Positions 44,901 to 53,326 of a DNA stretch of 64,000 nt are shown here, piece after piece. Position 1 is the first letter of the stretch. Every line of letters begins with the position of its first letter. Under the pieces are notes generated by a model that did no database searches, was not told the origin of the DNA, and worked only from the letters and a program-made list of their open reading frames with translations. The stretch comes from a bacterium. Its GTDB lineage: Bacteria; Elusimicrobiota; Elusimicrobia; Elusimicrobiales; UBA9959. The stretch lies in the NCBI GenBank assembly GCA_021811315.1, contig JAJZPF010000001.1:206153-270152 (forward strand), in the 5' to 3' direction. Made by a program: the position numbers and the translations under genes.

Positions 44901-45812
44901 TCAAAAACGCACACGATCTATTTCGTTCCCTTTTGCCACCCTGACGTGAAACGGTTCGTGCGAAATTACTATTTCACGTTTATCTTCTAAAATCTCTATT
45001 TTTTTGATATTTTTAAATACCAAATTAGAAACAACTAGTTTCCTTAGTTCAAATTTATCGTTTTGTGTATCAAACACGCTGATTGAAGATTTATCTGAAC
45101 CATAGGTCATCTCTGTGAAGATTATAAATCTCTCTCTTTCTGAAAAAAGCGCTCCCCCCGAAAAATATGGTATTTCAGCTAGTATTTCCTTTTTGCGATT
45201 CATAATCCTTTGTTTTCCATATTCGCCTACTACTACAATGAATATCTGGCCGGTATTAGACACAATCGGTCGCCATCCCTCGTCCTTGCTTAATTCCAAA
45301 ACTTTATTGCCGTCTGAATCGTAAACGGTGGTGACGCAACCTGTTTCAGTGGGGTCTTCCGATCGTTCGCCGTCACTTGCCTCAGCAAAGTCCACAAAAT
45401 CCAGATAACCATCCTCAACAACAACAAACTGTTTGTTGCCGCTAAAAGACACTTCCTTAAGCTCACTGCGATATAATTCCACGTCGCGGCCGGAACTTTT
45501 CCGCATTTCCTCAATTGTTTCAGCTATTTTGGAGCTGATTTTTAGTCCGAAACTTGAGTGATCAAAGATTTTCTCTTTGCTTACACGTATTTTGGTTTCT
45601 TTTGATACAAGGTCTATATCTTTTGTTTTCTTCCCATCCTTGTCATGGAAGCGGAGAAGTTTGTGATTGTTTTCGAAGACTTCCTCAATCCGCTGATTGG
45701 GCTTTGCCGCTTGAGCATCTTCCTTGTCTTTGGCGGCAACTGGCACCGTATCTTTTGCTGACAATAAGGTACCGAAAACGAAAAACGACAATAAAGCTAT
45801 AAGGCTTTTCAT
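44901..45812 (-). CDS. Small secreted protein, copy 2 (paralog of 41497..42402)
   Basis: 303-aa ORF. Signal peptide MKSLIALLSFFVFGTLLSA. Same NQRIEEVFENNHK.LRFHDK motif and blade-like segments. 16-nt gap to the head-only M23 paralog. Confidence 0.75.
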   Translation of the reverse strand: MKSLIALLSFFVFGTLLSAKDTVPVAAKDKEDAQAAKPNQRIEEVFENNHKLLRFHDKDGKKTKDIDLVSKETKIRVSKEKIFDHSSFGLKISSKIAETIEEMRKSSGRDVELYRSELKEVSFSGNKQFVVVEDGYLDFVDFAEASDGERSEDPTETGCVTTVYDSDGNKVLELSKDEGWRPIVSNTGQIFIVVVGEYGKQRIMNRKKEILAEIPYFSGGALFSERERFIIFTEMTYGSDKSSISVFDTQNDKFELRKLVVSNLVFKNIKKIEILEDKREIVISHEPFHVRVAKGNEIDRVRF

Positions 45813-45929
45813 AAAGTCTCCCCTGTGCGTCTTGCTTCAGTGTGGTACGGTGGCGGTGTGGTTCTCAGCGGTGTTGTCTAAACCCAAATTGCCTGCCCAT
45901 GTTATAGCAGACAAAACCCGGGTATTCAA
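45813..45929 (-). promoter_or_regulatory. Sigma70-like promoter (TTGAAT-17-TATAAC) plus conserved C/A-rich 5' UTR, copy 2
   Basis: Minus strand: -35 at 45929..45924 and -10 at 45906..45901. The leader differs from copy 1 at only a handful of positions. Confidence 0.55.
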
Positions 45930-46058
45930 TGCTTTCCGATTTAAGTTATATTTGATTTATGACAGTCGAATCAGAGATTGTAATCCTTTATAAATGCGCG
46001 TAACTTGCCGCATCCCTGGTCAGTCAGCCATAGTAAAGAGTATGGGGCGGGGATTGAT

Positions 46059-46092
46059 AAATGTCAATACCTATTTCATGGTATTGACATTT
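46059..46092 (-). terminator. 13-bp perfect hairpin downstream of the kdsC-operon genes (possible terminator or insulator before the island)
   Basis: aaatgtcaatacc-tatttcat-ggtattgacattt. On the minus strand it is followed by ATCAAT, so only weakly U-rich. Confidence 0.35.
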
Positions 46093-46151
46093 CGGTGCTG
46101 GGATTAATGACGCAGGGATGGAGTGCTTGCGGGCGTGTTTCAGTAGTAGGT

Positions 46152-46610
46152 CTAGGTTTTCTTCTTGGTTGTTTTTGGTTTTTCTTGGGGCCGTTTCAGC
46201 TCCAGTTTAAAAATATCCAATCCGCCCCACGGGCCGTTCTGCAGGTGGAAAACCACCGTAACTTTTTTCCCGGCCGCGTCCCTGAAATCGGCCGACACGG
46301 CCCTCCCGCCGTTTTCCCCCGCCTGCGCCTTGGGTTCGATGGAAGCTAATTCTAGTTTGAATATTTTTTTCGAGGCTTTGTCTTCGATGAGGAAGGCTCC
46401 CTTAAGCTGCATGTCCTTGCGGATATAATCCGTCACGAAGGCCGCCAGGTCCTCGTCGCTCTGCTGGATCAGGGCCAGGTCTTCGTCCTCGTCGCCGTTC
46501 CTGACGGTCTCGGTGGAGGCCGCCGCTTCCGTCAGTCCTTCGTCCTCGAAAGCCGCCGCCGCCGGGCCCGCGAAGCACAGCGCCAGCGCCGCTAAAATAA
46601 AAAATTTCAT
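46152..46610 (-). CDS. Secreted acidic/basic hypothetical protein
   Basis: ATG at 46610 (ATGA overlap with the kdsC stop, GGGGGAAG Shine-Dalgarno). Signal peptide MKFFILAALALCFAGPAAAA. 152 aa. Confidence 0.6.
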   Translation of the reverse strand: MKFFILAALALCFAGPAAAAFEDEGLTEAAASTETVRNGDEDEDLALIQQSDEDLAAFVTDYIRKDMQLKGAFLIEDKASKKIFKLELASIEPKAQAGENGGRAVSADFRDAAGKKVTVVFHLQNGPWGGLDIFKLELKRPQEKPKTTKKKT

Positions 46611-47233
46611 TTCTTCCCCCCGGTTTTTGAAAATCTGACTATTTTCAGCTGGCTTTTTTTTATCTGCGGCCAATGGGCGGTCTCCACATAGTTCATCACC
46701 GTCTTCCAATGCCCCTGGCTCTTAAGGATGAAATCGCAGGCTTCGCGCACCGCGCCCAGGCCGCCTTCTTTTTTCGTCACCAAATGCGAAGCGGCTTTAA
46801 CTTCGTCCAGGGCGTTCGCGGGCGCGCAGGCCAGCCCGGCTTTTTTCAGGACGGGGATATCGGTCCAGTCGTCGCCCATGTAAGCGACGTTCTCGGGCTT
46901 GAGGCCGGTGGCGGCCAGGATCTGCATGAGCGGTTCCAGCTTCGAGAGGAAGCCCTGGTAGGCGTAGCCCATGCCCAGCCCGCGGGCCCGCTCCTCGGTG
47001 CCCGGCGATTCGCGGCCGGTTATCACGCCGGTGGCGACGCCGAACTGGTTTAAAAGCCGCAGGCCGATGCCGTCCAGCGAATGGAAGGCTTTTATCTCGA
47101 CCATTTCGGCGCCTTTGCCGGGGATATAGTACATCTTCCCGTCGGTGAGGACCCCGTCCACGTCCATCAGGAAGATCTTTATCTTTTTCGCGCGCGCGGC
47201 GTTGGTTTTCAGGCTCATAGTTTCATTATCCAT
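46607..47233 (-). CDS. kdsC: 3-deoxy-D-manno-octulosonate 8-phosphate phosphatase (HAD-IIIA)
   Basis: FLMDVDGVLTDG, GVITGRES, YMGDDWTDIPVLKKAGLACAP. An alternative start at 47218 would form an ATGA overlap with the epimerase stop. Confidence 0.85.
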   Translation of the reverse strand: MDNETMSLKTNAARAKKIKIFLMDVDGVLTDGKMYYIPGKGAEMVEIKAFHSLDGIGLRLLNQFGVATGVITGRESPGTEERARGLGMGYAYQGFLSKLEPLMQILAATGLKPENVAYMGDDWTDIPVLKKAGLACAPANALDEVKAASHLVTKKEGGLGAVREACDFILKSQGHWKTVMNYVETAHWPQIKKSQLKIVRFSKTGGKK

Positions 47234-48216
47234 TTTCTCGCAAGCTCGAGTTCGCTTTTTCTCGAAGCGTAATTCGCCGGGGCGGGCCCGGTGTAGCTGA
47301 AAAGATACCAGTTAATAGTTTCCTCGAGCCAGGCCGCGGCCGGCGTGGAGGCCCAGCCCAGCTCTTTTTCGGCTTTAGAGATGTCCAGCACGAAGTCCCC
47401 GCCCATGGAGAAAGGGGAGGCTTCGAAATTAAAGCCGTTTTCTTTGAGCCAGGCATAGTCCGGGTAGAGGATCTCGGCCTCTTTGTGCATCACCCTTGCG
47501 GAGATCTTCACGAAATCGTCCAGGGTCAGCGGCTGGGAGTCCCCTAAATTATAGACCTTGCCGTAGGGCTCTTCGGAATAAATAAGGGTTTCTATGGCCC
47601 GGGCCAGATCTTTGGAGAAGATAAACCGGTTATTAAAAGCGAAACCGGGAAGGAAGATCGGCCCCCCCCCGGCCAGCCGGAGCCAGTAGGAGTAGGCCCG
47701 CAGGGTGTGATCGTTGGGGCCTATCACTACGGGCGGGCGTATTATAGCCGCGGGAAATTTCTTTTCGAGGAAAGCTTTAAGATATTCCCGCTCGGCGGCG
47801 TATTTCCCCAGGCCGTAGGCGTATTTTTCTTTAAGCTGCGGCTTGAGGGCCAGAAGCTCAGTCTGGTTCTCCCTGAACGGGGAGGAGGAGCCCTCCAGGA
47901 CCGAATAGACCGAGGCGGAGGAGGTGAAGAGGTAGAGCCCTGTGCGGCCGCTGAAAACCCTTATGGCTTTCTGCGCGTCCTCCGCGGTAAAGCAGATATT
48001 GTCGATTATTACGTCCCAGGGCTCCACGGCCATCCGCGACAGGTCTATTTCAACGGTGCGGTCCCCCCGGGTCTGGCGGATGTCCAGCGGCAGGCCTTCC
48101 ACGGGGGCGCGCCTGGAAAAAACGGTGACTTCATTGCCCGCTTTGTGAAGGCGGATGGCCGTTTCTTTGCCGAAAAAGCTCGTGCCGCCGAGGATAAGTA
48201 TTCTCATAACGATCAA
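47215..48216 (-). CDS. NAD-dependent epimerase/dehydratase (extended SDR) family protein
   Basis: 333-aa ORF. ILILGGTSFFGKETAIRL Rossmann motif and YxxxK region (YGLGKYAAE). Contains a G9 homopolymer at 47662-47670. Confidence 0.85.
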   Translation of the reverse strand: MIVMRILILGGTSFFGKETAIRLHKAGNEVTVFSRRAPVEGLPLDIRQTRGDRTVEIDLSRMAVEPWDVIIDNICFTAEDAQKAIRVFSGRTGLYLFTSSASVYSVLEGSSSPFRENQTELLALKPQLKEKYAYGLGKYAAEREYLKAFLEKKFPAAIIRPPVVIGPNDHTLRAYSYWLRLAGGGPIFLPGFAFNNRFIFSKDLARAIETLIYSEEPYGKVYNLGDSQPLTLDDFVKISARVMHKEAEILYPDYAWLKENGFNFEASPFSMGGDFVLDISKAEKELGWASTPAAAWLEETINWYLFSYTGPAPANYASRKSELELARKWIMKL

Positions 48217-48301
48217 TCATAGTATATAAATTTTAAATACTATCCAAAAGTATAATGGACCGATGGGGAAATCTTAGACCCTTGCCCTTTTATTTAATGT
48301 G

Positions 48302-48402
48302 GTTAACATAAGTTAACTAGTGTTAATTGTGTTGATAGTGTTGGCAGCTTTAATATTTCGCTTGAGTCCATGATATTGCATTTATGGTTAATATAAGTTA
48401 AC
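48302..48402. promoter_or_regulatory. Phased GTTAAC/GTTAAT repeats (candidate operator array) upstream of the HTH gene
   Basis: GTTAAC at 48302 and 48312, GTTAAT at 48322, GTTGAT at 48331. The 22-nt unit GGTTAAcATAAGTTAAC.. recurs at 48386-48408 and overlaps a TTGCAT-17-TAACAT promoter. Confidence 0.45.
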
Positions 48403-48410
48403 ATAGTGCG

Positions 48411-48701
48411 ATGGGCAGGGAATATTTTTCAATACCCGAGGCGGCGGCGAGGCTGGGCCTTAGCCGCATAGCTGTTTTTAAAAGGGTGAAAAAGGGCCAG
48501 TTGGAAGCCCTGCGTTTCGGCAGGAACTGGGCCGTGCCCGCGGCCGCGCTTGAAAAAGCCGCCGCTCCGGAAGAAAAAATCCCTCCGCAAAGAACCGTTC
48601 CGCCTCCGCCCCGGAAAGCGGTCCCGGCTCCCGCTCCCGCGACGGAGAGTTCTTCCGCTCCCGCCCCTGATTCGGAAATGGATTCGATGGGGTGGGATTA
48701 G
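48411..48701 (+). CDS. Excisionase/MerR-type helix-turn-helix DNA-binding protein with Pro/Ala-rich tail
   Basis: 96-aa ORF. FSIPEAAARLGLSRIAVFKRVKKGQLEALRFGRNWAV is the HTH_17-type motif. Confidence 0.7.
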   Translation: MGREYFSIPEAAARLGLSRIAVFKRVKKGQLEALRFGRNWAVPAAALEKAAAPEEKIPPQRTVPPPPRKAVPAPAPATESSSAPAPDSEMDSMGWD

Positions 48702-48704
48702 TTC

Positions 48705-50957
48705 TCAATACCACATCGGCGAGAAAGCCATGAACCGCGCCAGCGGGAATTCTGTATACGGCTTATCGTCGGTTACGGCGGGATACTTGGCTGAAGCCGC
48801 GTCCACCGCGGCGGTATTCATTATCTGCGTCTCGGCCATGAAGCGCGCCGTAACATAAGGCAGTTCGCTTTGCACTTTCCCGCTCTTTATCCTCTCGTCC
48901 AGGGTTTTGGCGGCGGCTTCCAGCTTATTATCTGACGCCAGCGCCAGGAAACCGGGCTGCCTGGGAAAACTCCAGACGTTTACTTCGGGAAAAACGTCTT
49001 TAAGGGCGCGCAGTATCATGTAATAGTCGCTTTCGAAGCAAGGCAGCGGTATCCAGAGGCTGAATACGCCGTTTTTTGTAAGTTTCGAGCGGGCTATCCT
49101 GAAGAAATCGCGGCTGTAGAGGTTCACCGCGCCGGAGCTGTAGATCGGCGGGGTGACGTCCACCACGATCGCGTCATAAAGTTTCCGCGACCGCAGCAGC
49201 TCGTTCCTCCCGTCGTTAAGGCGCACTTCGAACCTGCCCGCGGCCTTATCCTCTTCCCAGGTGTCCGAGAACAGCGGCCCCGTTTCGCGCACCGCGGCCA
49301 GCAGTTCGGCCACGGTCACTTTCACCCCGTGCCTTACCCCGGAGCGCAGCGTATTTGCCGCTCCCTGGCCTATTATGAACATCGTTTCCGGCTTCTCCTG
49401 GTAAAGCAGCGGGAAATGCGACATAAGCTTCCCCGCGTCCCCGTTCCCTGAAACGGCTACCCCGTTTATATAGAGTGATTTAGCCCTGTCGCCCCTGGAG
49501 AAGATCACGTCGACGGCGCCGGCGCGGTCTTCCTTATGATAGACAAGGCGCCCGTTGAGATGCGCGGCGAAGCGCCTGTTGATAGTGTTGAAGATCGGGT
49601 CCGGGAGCAGGAAAGAGGCCCCTGCAAGGAGCAGGCCGCCAGCCAGCCAGGGCGTGAAGCGGCGCTTTTCGCTTTCCCCTGCCATTGTGGCCAGGAGGGT
49701 TCCGGTAAGGACGGTCAGCAGCGCCGTAAGGATGAAGCTGAATTTTGTTCCAAGCTCGGGTATTAGTATAAAGCCCGTGGCCAATGAGCCAAGTATCGTT
49801 CCAATCGTGTTCGCGCCGTAGAGCGTCCCTATGGCGCCCACCCTGCCCGCGGCGCGCACCCCCGCCTGGGCGGCCAGCGGAAAAAAGAAACCCATGAGCA
49901 GCGTTACCGGGGTTATGATCACGAGCGACCAGCCGAAAAGATGGAATATATCCCCCGCCCGGTTAAGAGGCGTAAAAAGGTACTTGATGTCCAGGGCCGC
50001 TCCTCCGGAGAAATAGAAGGCCGCCAGGCCTGCCAGGGAGAGCCCCGCTATGGCCGCCTGGGTCCTTGCGAGCGTCGGCAGCAGGTCTTCGCCTGAATCG
50101 GCGCGGCTTTCGGCGTAGAGGCTGCCCAGCGCTATTCCAAGCAGGTAGGAGCAGAGCATGGCCGAGAAGGCGTAGACGGAGCTTCCGATCGTGAGCACCA
50201 GCAAGCGGGCCCAGAGCACTTCGAGCGCAAGCGCGGTGAAGCCCGAGGCCCCCATTACAAGAAGCATCCGCTTGTAGCCGCGCGCGCCCTCGGCGGTCGG
50301 CAGCGCTGGCGCCGCCGGCGCCCTGTCGGGCGGGCTCGAGAAAAAGATCCGCAGCGCAATGGCCAGGTTCAGCGCCGCGGCCAGCGCCGCCGTGCCTTTT
50401 TCCCCGGCGTGGCCTATCAGCAGGTAGCCGGCCGCCAGGACGCCCAGGGCCGCGCCCAGCGTATTCAGAGCGTAAAGCCTCGAGATCTTCCCCCCCGAAT
50501 CGGCCGCGCCTGAAGAGAGGGCGCTTGCGAGCAGCGGCAGCGTGGCGCCCATCAGCGCCGTGGGGATCAGGAGGACGGCCGCGGAAACGAGCAGGCGGAT
50601 GGCGGTAACGGCGGCGGCCGCCCCGGGCGCGCCCCCCTCGGGCAGGAGCGGGGCGATAAGCTCCGGCAGGCCGGCCATGAGCAGCGTGGCGCCCAGGGCC
50701 GACAGCGCTACCAGGAGCTCGAGCACGGCGTAAATTTTCAGCGGGTTCTTGAGCCCGTCCGCCTTTCTCCCGGCGAGGACCGCCCCCAGCGCCAGCCCGC
50801 CCATGAAGACGGCCAGCACGGTGCTGGTGGCTTCGAGCGTGGTTCCGAATACCCGGATGAGCATGCGGAACCAGACGGTTTCGTAAGCCAGCCCGCTCAG
50901 GCCGGAGATAAAGAAGAGTAAAGGGATATTCGGTTCGTTTTTGAAAATATTTTTCAT
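48705..50957 (-). CDS. Fused polytopic membrane domain + spermidine-synthase-like (class I methyltransferase fold) protein
   Basis: 750-aa ORF. About 12 TM helices, then a spermine/spermidine synthase-like C-terminal half (MFIIGQGAANTL, YDAIVVDVTPP). Confidence 0.8.
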   Translation of the reverse strand: MKNIFKNEPNIPLLFFISGLSGLAYETVWFRMLIRVFGTTLEATSTVLAVFMGGLALGAVLAGRKADGLKNPLKIYAVLELLVALSALGATLLMAGLPELIAPLLPEGGAPGAAAAVTAIRLLVSAAVLLIPTALMGATLPLLASALSSGAADSGGKISRLYALNTLGAALGVLAAGYLLIGHAGEKGTAALAAALNLAIALRIFFSSPPDRAPAAPALPTAEGARGYKRMLLVMGASGFTALALEVLWARLLVLTIGSSVYAFSAMLCSYLLGIALGSLYAESRADSGEDLLPTLARTQAAIAGLSLAGLAAFYFSGGAALDIKYLFTPLNRAGDIFHLFGWSLVIITPVTLLMGFFFPLAAQAGVRAAGRVGAIGTLYGANTIGTILGSLATGFILIPELGTKFSFILTALLTVLTGTLLATMAGESEKRRFTPWLAGGLLLAGASFLLPDPIFNTINRRFAAHLNGRLVYHKEDRAGAVDVIFSRGDRAKSLYINGVAVSGNGDAGKLMSHFPLLYQEKPETMFIIGQGAANTLRSGVRHGVKVTVAELLAAVRETGPLFSDTWEEDKAAGRFEVRLNDGRNELLRSRKLYDAIVVDVTPPIYSSGAVNLYSRDFFRIARSKLTKNGVFSLWIPLPCFESDYYMILRALKDVFPEVNVWSFPRQPGFLALASDNKLEAAAKTLDERIKSGKVQSELPYVTARFMAETQIMNTAAVDAASAKYPAVTDDKPYTEFPLARFMAFSPMWY

Positions 50958-51135
50958 TAGTGGCCTTGTCCTGAAAGGGTTATATATTTTAAATTATTTA
51001 GGGCTCCGCGGGGGCGGCGGCTAATAAATGTATAATCTTTTCATGAGTAATTCTTTTTTCGACGACCTGGATGATATCATCGGGGAATTTAAAAAAAAGT
51101 TCATTAAAGAGGCTGACAGGAATAACGGAGGAAAA

Positions 51136-51936
51136 ATGGAAAAAGACTTTGCCGGGAAACTGCTGCTGCCCGTCGTCGCGGTTATCGCCGTCGTGATCGG
51201 TTTTTCGTCCTATTTTATCGTCCCTCCCGGAGAGGTGGCCATAAAGACCCGCGTCGGGGCGATCATCGGCTCCTATAGCGAGGGCCTGCACTTCAAACTG
51301 CCCTTCCTCGAGAGCATTACGAAGTTCTCTATACAGATACAGCGCGCGGACATAAAGACGCAGGCTTTCTCCAAGGACCTGCAGACCATGAACAGCCACC
51401 TGGTCGTGAACCACCGCATCCAGCAGGGCACCGCGGTCAGCATCTTCAGGAACCTCGGGCCAAATTACGTCGAGACTATAGTGGACCCCACCGTGCAGGA
51501 GATCTTCAAGTCCATCGCCGCCAAGTTCTCCGCGGAAAGGATAATAGCCGACCGGAACATCCTGGTGGAAGAGATCAACCAGGTCGCCAAAGAGAAATTA
51601 ATGAAGCAGGAGATCATCGTCACCGACATCTCCGTCGTGGACCTCGATTTCACGGAGCAGTTCCTCAAAGCGGTGGAGGACAAGCAGGTGGCGGACCAGC
51701 AGGCCCAGATGGCCGGCAAGCTCGTCGAGAAAGCCAAGCGCGACGCCGAGCAGCAGATAGCCAAGTCGCGCGGCGAGGCGGAGGCGCTGCGGATGCAGCG
51801 CGAGCAGGTCACCCCCTCCCTGATAGAATTGCGCAAAGTGGACGCGCAGCTCAAGGCCATCGAGAAATGGAACGGCGTGCTTCCGGGTTATGTCGGGGCC
51901 GGCGTTCCGTTCATCTCTATAGAAAAAGGCAAATAA
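51136..51936 (+). CDS. SPFH/prohibitin-family membrane protein
   Basis: ATG at 51136 is preceded by GGAGG. TM helix then VPPGEVAIKTRVGAI..GLHFKLPF, with a coiled-coil C-terminus. The 51028 start in the track adds 36 aa without a Shine-Dalgarno. Confidence 0.85.
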   Translation: MEKDFAGKLLLPVVAVIAVVIGFSSYFIVPPGEVAIKTRVGAIIGSYSEGLHFKLPFLESITKFSIQIQRADIKTQAFSKDLQTMNSHLVVNHRIQQGTAVSIFRNLGPNYVETIVDPTVQEIFKSIAAKFSAERIIADRNILVEEINQVAKEKLMKQEIIVTDISVVDLDFTEQFLKAVEDKQVADQQAQMAGKLVEKAKRDAEQQIAKSRGEAEALRMQREQVTPSLIELRKVDAQLKAIEKWNGVLPGYVGAGVPFISIEKGK

Positions 51937-51997
51937 TCGTCTCCCGCCGCCCATTTTTTGGCGCGGCGGGCGGGGTTTTAGCGCAGTTCCCCGAATG

Positions 51998-52036
51998 AAA
52001 GGCCCGCAAGCTTAAAGCCGCGGGCCTTTCTTTTTA
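51998..52036 (+). terminator. Rho-independent terminator
   Basis: aaaggcccgc / gcgggccttt stem followed by CTTTTTATT. It is preceded by a second GC hairpin at 51943-51970. Confidence 0.7.
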
Positions 52037-52054
52037 TTCTGGTATAATTATTCC

Positions 52055-53182
52055 GTGAAATTCCTGAAGAAGCTCGGTTTCCCCCTCCTTTTCGCCTCTA
52101 TTATCGGGTTTAAGCTCGCGGCCAGTCACGGAGGCATGGCTTTGTACTACGTTTCAGGCGGGCTTATGATAGCCGGCGGCCTGCTTATCGTCGCTTCCGT
52201 CTTCATCCGGCCGGACGAAGAAGGGCCCGCGCCGGACCGCCCTCCCGCCCCCGCCGCGGAGAGCGGCTTATCCTTTCCCCTCTCCGCCGGCATCGACGTC
52301 CCCAACCCGGTCCCGAACCGGGTTTATATCGCCGGCGGGCTGGCCAGCGCGGCCGGCGCCCTGGTTTTCTTTACCGGGCCGGACGGGGTGAACCGGACCA
52401 GCGTGATATCTTTCGCTCTTATTCCCGGCGGAATACTTTATATCCTCGGCGCGACCTTTTTTTACGGCGACCCGGCCGACCGGCGAAATATCCTGCGCGG
52501 CGCGGCGGCGCTTATCTCCTTCCTTATGATATTCGGCGGCATAATGACTTTCGTTTTTATAGCAGCCGGAGCTTTTGACCAGGGGCGGGGCCGCCCTTAC
52601 GCCGTCCTGGCCGTTTTCTCCATACTTTTGGGCATGTGGGGCGCTTATTACGGCATGAAATACCAGCAGAGCGCCGAGGGCCGGGCGATCGGCCGCAAGC
52701 TGGGCTTTGCCGACGCCGACGGCGCCGTTTCTTCCGACGGAGCCTATGATTCCAAGGGCGTAATGAACGGGGTGGAAACGCTTTTTAACGTCGAGCCTCA
52801 GAGCGGCGGAAGGAATTCCCCCCCGTTTTTCACTCTTGAGGTTCTCTGCCGCTGCTCTAATACTCGCGGCGTGGCGCTTTCCGTCAGGCCCGAGGGCTTT
52901 TTGGGCAAACTCGCCATCTCTTTTAATTCCCTGCCGCGCCTGCCCGGCGTGCCGTACTGGGATTTTTACGAAGTGCGCTGCGACCGCCCGGACTTCGCGC
53001 AGAATATTCTCGCCGAAGCGAGGCACGGGGATAATATTTTTAACGATAAAGCCGGCTTCCTGGAGATGTCCCTGGAAGGAAGCGCTTTTAAATTTACTTT
53101 CCGCAATGAAGGCTATGTCGATACAGCTTATGTTTATCGCGTCTTGCAGGAAACATCCAAGTTAGCTTCCCTCTTCCATTAA
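52055..53182 (+). CDS. Polytopic membrane protein with a C-terminal soluble domain distantly resembling 58688.. and 59354..
   Basis: 375-aa ORF with a GTG start. 6 hydrophobic helices. No recognised domain. Confidence 0.55.
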   Translation: MKFLKKLGFPLLFASIIGFKLAASHGGMALYYVSGGLMIAGGLLIVASVFIRPDEEGPAPDRPPAPAAESGLSFPLSAGIDVPNPVPNRVYIAGGLASAAGALVFFTGPDGVNRTSVISFALIPGGILYILGATFFYGDPADRRNILRGAAALISFLMIFGGIMTFVFIAAGAFDQGRGRPYAVLAVFSILLGMWGAYYGMKYQQSAEGRAIGRKLGFADADGAVSSDGAYDSKGVMNGVETLFNVEPQSGGRNSPPFFTLEVLCRCSNTRGVALSVRPEGFLGKLAISFNSLPRLPGVPYWDFYEVRCDRPDFAQNILAEARHGDNIFNDKAGFLEMSLEGSAFKFTFRNEGYVDTAYVYRVLQETSKLASLFH

Positions 53183-53230
53183 AGTTTTCCCGCCCTTTAA
53201 TTCTATTCCTATATTTTATTCGGAATTTAA

Positions 53231-53276
53231 ATTTATTAAAGAGGGTATCGACATCTTTAATAAATTGTGTTATACT
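53231..53276 (+). promoter_or_regulatory. Promoter (TCGACA-17-TGtTATACT) bracketed by an 11-bp inverted repeat (candidate operator)
   Basis: ATTTATTAAAG (53231-53241) and CTTTAATAAAT (53255-53265) flank the -35. The extended -10 lies at 53268-53276. Confidence 0.45.
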
Positions 53277-53326
53277 TTGAATATCGCAATTAATATATTG
53301 ATAAGATTAAGGAAGTAATTAATAAT

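Noticed and set aside
48411-48701. Excisionase-family HTH as evidence for a prophage or integrative element.
   Set aside because: No integrase, recombinase, att-like direct repeats, tRNA or phage genes are nearby. Stand-alone HTH_17 regulators are common.
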